A program made the position numbers and the translations under genes. A DNA stretch of 64,000 nt from Balanoglossus misakiensis (taxonomy: Eukaryota > Animalia > Hemichordata): positions 4,144,783-4,208,782 of the forward strand of contig CM082580.2 of the NCBI GenBank assembly GCA_040954595.2, read 5' to 3'. Shown piece by piece: positions 53,201-64,000 of this stretch; positions within the stretch are counted from its first letter, which is position 1, and each line of letters opens with the position of its first letter. The notes below the pieces were generated by a model. It searched no databases, was not told the DNA's origin, and saw only the letters and a list, made by a program, of their open reading frames with translations.

Positions 53201-56200
53201 CAACGGAAAATAGCTCTTTACCACATCGCCGCCTTCAGCACAAAAAGTGACGTTTGACTGAAAACAACTTGTACTCTTTTATGGAACATTTTGAATAAGG
53301 GCTGCATTAGGATAATATTCTTGAACGTCTATTCGACGACCAACCAAAAATGTTTTCCGCGTGTTTCAAATTATCGACTTTGAAAGTTCGACTAACGAAA
53401 TCAACACTTCGATTATAAAAGTATTTTGATAATGTATAAAATTTATAGATTTATTTTATGACGTAAGGAGAACGACGAACACCGAAAGGGTGCAGCGTGA
53501 CGAAGATGACAGGAAATGAGACAAAAATCGTTGATACATTATTACGTGGGTATTATACGAGGAAGGTGGGTTGAAATCCGTGATATCACATCTTTGGGAC
53601 GTGAAGTTTTCCTCGAAATAGTTACAGCCACATTTTCTGTGTATTTGCTGAAGATTTGCATTCATTATATCCACTGTAATTTCCAGGTATGTCACGTGAC
53701 CAGTGGCGAGGTGACGTAACTCTACCGGGGACGAATCGTTCCATATCGGGAGAGTGTTTGAAAGAATTTCCGTTCTTTGATAACTTGCAAATTTCAGAGA
53801 TTTTCAACCTTCCGATTTCGAAATACATGTATATTGCCACAATGTGCAAAGGATGGATTTGTTTTTTTCTGGTAGTTGGTTCTGTTCGATTTTTCAGTCG
53901 ATTTCATCTCCAAACAGGCATATCACGTAGATGTTAAGTTATTTACATATACATGTAAGCAAGCCATTTATTCCATATCGTTCTTCATATCAGAAAGCTT
54001 GAATAGCCTTATTCGTTCTGACAGGCCAATCTTACAGCAACTAGACGACTTCTTGCCAGAGTCGTACAGATTGGTCAAGGACTCATATAAAAGCATAGCG
54101 CCAAGAAGATTAGTTAGTTAGATAAAATATCACATGGAGAATATTGACAGAACGTGTCAATTTCTTGGTTGTTCATATGCGTCGACTTGGTCTCCGCAAT
54201 GTAAATTTCTATAAATGGAATGTTTCACTCATTTTTCATGCCTCAACATAAGTATTTTTATGATATATGATTCTGTTTTTCTAATAATACAAAAAATTAC
54301 GGTCTGGAAACTTGAGCTTTCCTAGAATGGTCGTGGTAACACGCAAATCTCAGAGTGATTACGGGGCTCACAAGTATTTAACACATTACATGGCTGTAGA
54401 TGCATGGGTAGTTATGTTAGAGAATTTCCACAATGTCTATCTGTTCGCATATTGAATTTTATCACACTCCCGTTTTAATCAATAACTCAGTGCAACAGTA
54501 TTGTGACTATTTTAAAATGCCAGAGATGTTAAAATATTACATCAGAATGTGAAGAGAGTCCATAATCGATATATTTCCCTCCGTTTCTGATCGATACATA
54601 TCGCAAAGGAAAGGTGATTTGCAGACCTTCCAAATACATCATTTCAAGAATTGCACAACAGCAAAGCAGGAATTAGAATGTTGTATGCTAATGGACAAAT
54701 CAGACGTTTTTAAGATCTGCTTATCCGCCATATCATTAGTGCTCCGAGCTACCTATCACAAGTACCTTTTATCGTTGATCAAATAATCAGTAAATGCCCC
54801 TTAAAGTGTAGGTGCCATGCCCTTGATTTCCAATCGAAATCTCTATCGTAGGAGCATTTTCAAACATTGCCCGCTGTGTCGATTAAAAAGACATTTGCAC
54901 GGCGGCGAAATTTGCCAGTTTTCTGGACATATGACAAGTCTGGCAATTCACACACCAAACCAGGAAGTGGACCTTTGCACACGGGCCTATACTGTCCTTC
55001 ATGACGCTGAACAGGTTATTTGCATAATCTGTCCTGCAAATGGCCAACTGCTCATCGGTGCCCTTCAACTTCGATAGGGCATTTCTTTTTAATTCAAAAC
55101 AGGGGTCAATATCCATCACGGTATTCAGTGAGTGATAAAAACAAGAATTTGACAAATATCACTAGCAAAGTGAACATCACATGTTTAGCTAGCAATCTGT
55201 AACGTTTAATTGTCACTGAACACAACTTTATCCCGTCTGGCCATAAGATGTTGTTTGTCGTCTCTGCAATTATTATGGTAAGATGACAACCTGAAGGGAA
55301 GCAAGAAACATCAATTACCTTCCCCTTGACTTGGTGCGGTAACCAAGACAACAGTGAAAGTAACGACCGCTGGCCTGGTCGACCGTCTGTGTTTACTGTC
55401 TGGCTCGCGATGTTTCCGTCTCACACAATTAGGCATATGGATTGTAAACACCGCGACGACTTAATATTCAATTACTCTCTTGTCCAGCATTGATGACGTG
55501 TATACAAGCCATTTCGGATGACCTCCAAAGCTTACACAATACACTTGGGGTTCAAGACATTTTTTCTCTGTATTTTTTTCAGATTTTCATGTTCACATGC
55601 AGAGTAAATTTGTATCACCGACAACCGTGGTTACGCTTTTCTATCTGATCTACTCGCAAAGGAAGTGACGACATACATGTAAGTAGAAAGCAAAACGTAT
55701 ACACGGATCAATACAAAATACTCAATTTCCTCTTCAGTTCCAAATAGTGTGACCACATAATTTGCTCATTTCCACTCTACAATGTATATTTTTCCAGTGA
55801 AGGTAACACCGAACAAGGGTTTAGTTACCAGCATGAGAGACAGCAAATAAATTATCGTTTGAGTATCATTGTAGAACACTTTCCTGTCTTGCCTACGTCG
55901 AACTTACCGACAAGTGAAAGAAAATGAGCACTTTAGGCAATTTTGATCCACTTCCGGTTTGGAACATTCACTTCAAAACAGTTACAATATCCACAAACAC
56001 ACATACACGAAGTGAGACTTCCTATGTAACGTGTGAAAATAAAGTTATCAATTTGTTCAAGAAATAAGTATCGTCTCATAATTATAGGTAGATGGATTTT
56101 ATACACGGTCCATTGTCACAACACATCCCACGCCATCCACATGTTAAACTCGTGTGTAGCAAAAGAAAACTCTCCGTATCATGGATGCCTTGACCCAGTA

Positions 56201-58064
56201 TTCTACTTATGCATCTACGGCATCAACCAGAGATGGAAATCGTCTACTTAACCCAGTATTCGAGACAAGTATAGAACTATAACTCTATCAAAACAAATAA
56301 CATATGTTTTACCTTTAAAATATTTCCATGGGAAATTGTGATTTGGTTTATCATGTTTACCCGGGGAAGATACGTACTCGTGCATATTCGCACACATGCG
56401 CCCAATATTTCACATGCCCGGATAATATTGTATTTTGCACCGTACCAACAAATATTACAAAGACATAGAACGGGCGAAGTTTGCACGAGAGTTCCTCGGC
56501 ATCTTGATATATGCAAATTTTGAATTACGCACTCAGGCACTTGAAATGCAGTACAAACACCGTGAGAGGAAAATAACACCCTCTCGTGAAAACAGGAAAG
56601 GGGTTTTAGATGAATACATTTTGAGTGGTTTCCGCCGACAAAAGGCAATTAATTATTGATTTCGCGTCGTAAACTTCCTATCTGCGTGTAAACCCTGCCG
56701 GCTGCACTTTTCACAAAAAGGATACATGTAGTTAAGACTAGACATCAACGGTAAAACGAAAATTATTCATTCACACAGTGCTGCTAGGAAATGATTAGTT
56801 TAAATAATATTTATCAGAAGAATTTTAATACGCAGTTTACGGAGCACTTCATTTTTACATGACACTAACAGTTTAAATGACTAATTTACAATGTAAGATA
56901 GGGCATTAAAGATGATATGTGCAAAAAACATTCTTCTCACACTTATACTTCTGAATTCGATGTGAGAAGTTATCATGGTCGCGGGATATAAGAACAGATT
57001 AGAAACACATCATCCACATGCATATAGAAATATCAAGTAATCTGTTCATAACAAGATGGTCGCTAAGCGAACATTTATATAATTTAAAACGATGACATAT
57101 ATTCGAGCATTATTTGTTATGTCACATATTGTGCAGACTGTGGTTTGCATGAGGAAGGTGTCCTTGTTGTTCAGAAACATACTGACTGTTTGGCTTCCGT
57201 ATTACTCACAATATATATCTGAAGGTTCTTTGCTGACCCAGGTTAGTATAGTGTACGTCAAGACATTTGCATGTTACGCCATCATTGTTTCAGTTTCAGA
57301 AGCCATAAAGACACCATTTTCGAGTTAAAAAGGTCGATGTCTTTGTTCTGTTCATAACTGACACCTCCCTTTTATGGTATACAAAACTAGAACAGGAAAA
57401 TGCATAAAGACAACAGATAACCATCGATAAATCCAACTTCAAAAGATGCCGTTATTTCAATACTCAAATCGTCGATTCCTGAAACAGTCATATATTGTTT
57501 TAATTGGGGTAATTTAATTTACAGTGTAAAAAAATCTTCATGCAAATCATTCGTGTTCTAGATTCAGTCCGTGTGTTATATGAAAGATCGTTAATATAGA
57601 GTGTGACGTCACCCAACAAAATCGATAATGACGGCGTAGTGCAAGACAGAATTTGTTAATACCGCACTGGCACTTGCGCATCGTTTGTTTGAATATTTTA
57701 CCTCCAACGTCAAGTCGCCTCTGCCAAACACAGATCAAATGGTATAGTATGCTCACCAGTGTTTCCATAGAAACACACTCTTGATTATCATTCAAGAATC
57801 CCTATGGCGCGACGTTCCTGTGCGGCGAGTGGTCTACTCTGACGTGAGCGGTAAATCGAGGATTGGAAATTTGAAGATGGACTTCATGTCTGCTGATCCC
57901 GCCGGGATAGTGTCCGATATTGTGGAGATTAAACTAACTCTCGGGATAAGTCTCTTGAAATCCACACATGTCATCTCATCTCCGAAGAGACTCTTCTACC
58001 CCCTGTCACATGCACCGTGTACATTCATTTGCAGGTTGTGAAAGATTCTCCAAAGCCTATTTAA

Positions 58065-58598
58065 AGCCCCATGAGCTGCAACTTTGGGGAAATTATCATG
58101 AAATTTATTTTCAAACTGTATTAATATTAGGCCATGCAGATGTATGCACTGGAGTATATACAGGTATTATAAACCCTAAGTCTGAGTGCATATGCAAGTT
58201 AACCAGATAACTAATAAAGATTTGTCACAAAGGAATATGGCCGCCATCTTGGGGAAATGCAAAATACAATGAAAATGTTGCATTTGTATGTTGCACTTAC
58301 CATTTTGAAACTTCATTCACAATGCATGATCTAATCCATTAGAGCTCATGGAAGTAAACGTACTCCACTGAGACAATACATTTTCATTTTTCATTAGAAT
58401 ACTTCACTGTTTTGAAATTGCGGGAATTTTCTACTGTACTGATATTTTTGGCCATTTTGTACTGATATTTCTGGCCATTTTGTCCTCAATATGTTTTCTT
58501 TATATACTATCAGGCAATATCATTTAATTGACAGAATTAAAAGCATATCCGAAATTATTTAAAGCTTAATTTTTTATCGAGTTGCAGCTCATGGGGCT
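58065..58598. mobile_element. 534-bp non-autonomous DNA transposon with TTAA TSD, Kolobok-like
   Basis: 19-bp TIR AGCCCCATGAGCTGCAACT / AGTTGCAGCTCATGGGGCT; TTAA at 58061-58064 and 58599-58602; AG...CT termini. Confidence 0.85.
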
Positions 58599-59438
58599 TT
58601 AAAATACTTGTAAACGACAGTGCACTTGTGCGTGATTTCACAGTCATGCGACGCTCTCAGTAATATTCATATACTGATGAAGAAAAGTGAACGCATTTTA
58701 ATTCAGCATACACGCAATTGCGTATCGCATTCTTTTAATCAACGTATACACTGTACTTTGCCGCCAGCTACCGCAAAACAGGCATGGGCGGGGTCCACCT
58801 CTAAACTACATTGGGCTAATCGACATCACTATACTATGTTTGTTAACAAACTAGAATGTACGACACACATGTAGCCGCGAATAGAAATTATTTGAACATG
58901 ACACTTGCATTAACATCTAGCACTCATACACACACATATATATAGCCATTCAAAACATTCTGTCATTCGAATTACCTGTGGGTAAATGAAAATTACACTT
59001 GAATGGGTGACCTCATTTGAGTTCGGGCAAATCCATTGCAGACAATGTGATTACGGTATTGAAAACCCATTATATCACGTGATTGAGCAAACTCTTTAGG
59101 TCTAGAGACCCCGTGTGTGTTTTAGGATTTGATTCGCCATGAAAAGAAAACTGTGCCAGTGAATATTGGGAAGACACAGAATTCTTGCTCCAGACATGCG
59201 CAGTAGAAAGAAGAGATGATTGGTCGACAGCTCCTACTCACAGCCACACAAAATATGAATAGATTCTAGGCGTGGGATCATTTGTAATTTGAAGTACGTC
59301 TGCATCGGGATGCATGCATAATAGTGACGTTTTAACAACCGCTATTCTGCATTTTTGTACAGTTAATGTCATCCACCCAAGAATGATTTGCTGCAGCCTC
59401 GTGGCGGCCAGCGGTTTCGTCATCATTTACGAACGGCA

Positions 59439-60482
59439 ATGAATTCAAACGAGATGGAACAGTCGGCCGTAGCCCAATACAAAGGCAGCACATGCATTCA
59501 CCAATCGGAGCAACCTGCAGCCGACGCACTGAAACTACCTCCCATTCCGAAGATTTACTGTAACGGTGGCAACGATTCGTACGACGTCCGAACGCACCCG
59601 ATCCCCGTACCCGAACGGCGACCCGTTCCCGAGTTCTCCAAACCCGACACCGCCAAGTCTAACAGTCTCCCCGAGCTCTGCAGCGAAAGCCGGCAAGTTG
59701 TCCATCCCAGACGCGAGCCGATCTCTGCGATGGAACCGGCTGATGATGGCCAGGCATACCAAATTAGCCCGCTAGCAGCTAAAGTCAGGGAAGACCGACT
59801 CAGCGTCTATTGTTCGCCGAGGATCACTCGCAGGTCCCGTCTCTCACACGCCGCTTGGGCGCGATCTAGAAAGGATCAATTCAACTGGCTGAATGCTTTT
59901 GATTCGAAACCCTCCGGCGCACAAATGGATGGGAAGGACGCTAACAGCAGCGAGGAAGGCGAGAATGCTTTGTTCGTCGACGGTAGAGGAGACGCGGGAA
60001 ATCGCAGTCAATGTCAGACGGACAACCGGGAAATAGTGCCTCATTTCAGCGGCAGCGGGAAAACCGCTGCGTTAGATCTTCCACAAGAGACTGAGCTAAG
60101 TAGATCGTACAACGACTTGCTAGATAGGAACGATATCGTGACGAGCCCTGTCACCGTGAGAGTCCGGCGTCCGTCGTTGTTGATGAATGCTGATGAACAT
60201 TTAAGTAAATCGTGCAGTCATCTCGCGGAATTCGTGGAGGGAGATACGTCTGTGATACGTGATGTGAAATACCCTAGTCAAGTTTCGCTCATGTCGCCAT
60301 CGAGCCCGCTAAGTTCAAGGGTCAGTCTCTCAGACGGAAATCGTTCGTACGAGGATCTGTACGACGAGGCCTACCAGGCGGCGTACGGCACGCCCGAAAA
60401 GCCATCGCGGCTAACTCTGGTAAGGGAATGGCTTTTTTACCACACCGACTCACCAAAAGGAGAGTCCCCAGGGACACCTTGA
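59439..60482 (+). CDS. Uncharacterised Ser/Pro/Arg-rich, probably disordered protein (~347 aa), single coding exon
   Basis: Over 1 kb of open frame, GC-richer than its flanks; ATG in gcaATGa context; acceptor tttttgtacag ends at 59362 with an in-frame stop before the ATG. No recognisable domain. Confidence 0.65.
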   Translation: MNSNEMEQSAVAQYKGSTCIHQSEQPAADALKLPPIPKIYCNGGNDSYDVRTHPIPVPERRPVPEFSKPDTAKSNSLPELCSESRQVVHPRREPISAMEPADDGQAYQISPLAAKVREDRLSVYCSPRITRRSRLSHAAWARSRKDQFNWLNAFDSKPSGAQMDGKDANSSEEGENALFVDGRGDAGNRSQCQTDNREIVPHFSGSGKTAALDLPQETELSRSYNDLLDRNDIVTSPVTVRVRRPSLLMNADEHLSKSCSHLAEFVEGDTSVIRDVKYPSQVSLMSPSSPLSSRVSLSDGNRSYEDLYDEAYQAAYGTPEKPSRLTLVREWLFYHTDSPKGESPGTP

Positions 60483-63400
60483 TCGCGTGCTGCTAAGGAA
60501 TTTTTTTGTTCTGGCGGAATCGATCGAATAAGACTCTGCAAATATTCGCCATGCTGAAGGAATACAGCTGCCAAGAGATATTTTTTGAAATTTTCCAAAC
60601 GACTCGAAACCAAATGAAATGGATTGTGAATATAGGCAGAAGGCACATTCCTCGACGCAATCTTGTTCAATATTAGAAATACAACGTGTCAGACTCTGGA
60701 TTGGTAAATTTTGAACGTGTCTGAGAATTTTCGATCAAATTATCTTGCTATTTCAATCATAAATTATGTATAATGTAACAACGGAATATTGAATTTACAC
60801 CGACAATTTCTCTAAGGCTTTAACATTTACGATTTTCTAATGAGATTGACTCTACAATGAACGCCTGTCTGCTTTATACAGCGAGCAGTTGGATTAAATA
60901 ATTGAGTCGTGTTTTAATGAAACTCTCCCGTCAAATGAATAGGCACTCCATGACACAGCGACGGTCCTCGTCAATGTTATTTTAAATCGTTCGTTATTTA
61001 CTTCGACGACCAAACGCGGATCGAACCTATACCTAAACACTTCCACCGTATCACCAGCATCGTTGTCTCATCGAAGCACGTTTACCGTGCTATAGGAAAA
61101 CCACCTTGAGATGTGAAGAGAATACACCAAGATCCTATAAACCGGTATGTCATACGCGTGAATGACCGCCAGGTTTCAACTCTGTGTTTTCTGGCGCTAT
61201 GTGTCTAGCCGTGAATAAGACATTTGGCATTTGAAACGACTGACAATATGTTTTGCTATACACAGCATACTTGAGATTCACTATTCGACACAGGTATAGT
61301 TCTGGTATGTCGTCTGATTTCAGGAATTACCCGTTGTTAAAAAATGTAAGACAACAGATTAAACACCGTTATAGGTCGATTAGAAAATTGTATTCTACCG
61401 TCAACTATCATGGAATATACATACTTAGTGTATCTGGAATTTTCAGGCAAGTACTTCACCCAATTCAAAATACTCAGCCCGTGTTCAAATGGATAAAATG
61501 ACACTTATATCTTCTTGTGCCTTCTCTTAATAAACCTACTAAAAACAGAAACACTTTGAGGTCGTAAAATCTATGTTTGAAATCAATTTAGCTGCTGCAA
61601 TCAGGCTTTACAGTGTAAAGTGTTTTTGGTTTGGCCCATAATTTCCCCCACTTCATCAGTTCATATTTTACCTGTTTTCAAATAATGATTTTATCAAATA
61701 TATTAACTGCATATCTGGCGTAGACAGCCAGGAATGATCAATATGATTTTAGCGATAATGGATTGACTAACGCTTTCATTTGACTACCGGAGTGCTACGT
61801 TAGTCGCGATTGAGGTTCTGTGGAGATTGAATTTCCCATATCCAAATAGATTATAAGAGCAAGCCAATTAAAAATTCTATGCTTGGTATTGACAGCTCCC
61901 TGACAAAATTGACATTAATGTGGAGAGTCAATTAAAAAAAGGTGTCCTGTCATTTTGTTGCCCTTGACAGCCGCAGTATTAATTCCCAGCATGCCTTGCG
62001 ATCCCCAAACTTCACATTAAAACAACGTTGGGATGGGATTTCTTCCTGCAGTGATTCTAGTCCGCAATATGCCGATTAGCTCCGGCAGCGCTGCTGGAGG
62101 AGGTCGCCGCCAAAATGCACGTAAATGGACTTGATGAATACTCTAAACTAACCCAATTATGTAGCTCAGCGTTATTATCAAGAATGGCAATGAATATATA
62201 GAAAGAAATTTTAGATGGAACTGAAAAATATTATCTTGCGAATGTACATATGAGACTTTTACTGCAAATTATTATACGGAGATTATACTTACGGTAAAAT
62301 CCATGATGTAACAGTACCGACGAAAGTAATTTCTCTGCGCCGAACCCATACTTGATTATAGTGATTTAAATAATATGGTTGACTTTAATGCTTAAAATAT
62401 AGCTACATGATCAAAATATATACCTTTGTGAATATCGCATACCGCGGAGAAAATCCGAGGTTATATTTCTGTGTCTCTTGAAATAGAATAGGAAATAGTT
62501 TAATGCTGTGTTGTATAACGCATGACCGGCCATGGCAACCGAAGCTCCGCATCGTGTCTCGTCGCCTCAAGGAAACGTAGGAATTGTTTTCAGTCAAGAG
62601 AAAACATGGTTCGGTTTTGCCATTACAGAATAAGCATATGACATGGGGATGTTATAGTGTAGTTGCTCTTGACTAGAAAACATGGACGATTATGAAAATC
62701 TATCTGCCAAAGACAGCTGTAGGAAACGGCCACACTACAAATTACATGTATTCGATATACCCTTTTGCATGGCGTTAGAAACGTCCGCTATGTCCACGCA
62801 GCGCCAGTTAAGTGCCCCAACAATTATGAACATTTCGTTTTACACGGTATTAATCTACTTGATATATTTCCAAGACTTATTCCAAAAAAATTCCATCAAT
62901 TTATGGCGGCATTAATGCGCCAACGGAACGGTAAACATTCCTTCGGGGGATAGATCTAGAAATTTATTGAACCGTAAGGTAGAATTATATTAATCCCTAC
63001 ATAGTTGAAACTCGACGACCCATGCGCGTGTCAAGACTTTTGAATCATCGGGTTGAGCAAAGCAGACTGCAAGATTCCCCGAAGCCTCTTGGTCTGCCTG
63101 ATTAATGCTCTTAACCGTAAGCTTAAGACATCACTTTCGAGTTGTCATGGTTACCTGTGTCCTGTGTCCATCAAGCATGCACAGTTTTAATTACATTCAG
63201 AAATTCGTACGTGTATGTGAGCTACGGATGAAAAAATCATATCGACTATCATACCTGGTGTTCGCTCAAGAATATAGATTGCGTCATTCGTGTACGCGAC
63301 TGTAAAGTACAGTCAACGGTATTTGCAACGAGGAAAATTCGCCTGTTTGATAATATGTCACTCTAGAGGCCACAATCTAATCAGTTTGGCACAGTGAGTT

Positions 63401-64000
63401 CATAGGTCACCACCGTCGTTATTATTACTTAATTATTCCAGTGTAATAGGACACGCCATGCCTTCGAGGATTTCTTGTTCAATGCAAATATCATACGTCA
63501 AAGTTGTCGATTGCACGGTGTTCGTGACAAATGTGTCGTTAAGTACGGAACTGACGTCATAGCACTACGAAGCTCGAGGCAATGGAAAGAGCTAGTTGTC
63601 ATTCCGGCGGTTGTATCACGCCAATAAATTAACGAAAGTACCCATAAAAGTTTAATACTTGAACCTGCGTCAGTTTTGTTATTGTCTTGTTCTAAAGCGA
63701 CCCACGCTATGTTGTTATGACCGTTAACGCACTCAAATGGTCCACAAAATGAAAGGTACGACATGTTCGTAAGACATTAAGTGGACATTAGATTAGTTTG
63801 AGGACCATGTTTGCGTTAATAACAACATTAGATAGTTTAAAACGCGGTTATAAATATTTAAATGTTTCGTTCGTAGGAGTCGACGTCATACCAAATTGAC
63901 CAATGTCCTTAATATTAATTACCAGGTCATAGACATTCAATGAGCTCATCAAATTACTTTCAGTGTCAGCGTGTCTTGAACAGTTTTCATTTTGGTGAGA

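Noticed and set aside
20514-57774. Scattered RFX X-box-like motifs (20514, 34753, 47983, 57761), TGACGTCA palindromes and TACATGTA palindromes
   Set aside because: Dispersed, some within coding or repeat-like DNA; cannot be separated from genome-wide background without counts.
46000-59300. Numerous 60-120 aa ORFs between RASEF and the orphan gene
   Set aside because: No domain motifs, no coherent exon chain, and composition typical of AT-rich non-coding DNA.
61000-61100. tRNA-like B box (GGTTCGATCC on the minus strand)
   Set aside because: No cloverleaf can be folded; at most a decayed SINE head.

Overview
Eukaryotic, intron-rich, AT-rich animal DNA, probably an invertebrate deuterostome such as a hemichordate or echinoderm (inferred from gene content and repeats). 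Most ORFs in the track are spurious; I rebuilt the genes by hand from GT-AG sites and intron phases. Four protein-coding units were found. (1) The last coding exon of a Sulfotransfer_2 (CHST11-like) carbohydrate sulfotransferase, 197-1015 (+). (2) A complete 13-exon type I membrane receptor of about 703 aa, 10415-1268 (-): signal peptide, 3 unnamed Cys-rich 'CDDGG' modules, SRCR, WSC, CUB, Sushi, TM helix and a Tyr-motif tail. One CDDGG exon was recently duplicated in tandem, and all 9 coding substitutions between the copies change amino acids. (3) A complete RASEF/Rab45 gene, 26167-45395 (+), with two paralogous EF-hand exons that are phase-compatible for A-only, B-only or A+B isoforms. (4) An orphan single-exon ORF of about 347 aa, 59439-60482 (+). 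Mobile DNA includes a Crypton-like insertion whose empty site survives in the duplicated copy, an 87-bp foldback MITE with a 10-bp TSD just upstream of the receptor ATG, Harbinger-type and Kolobok-type MITEs, and a decayed LINE.
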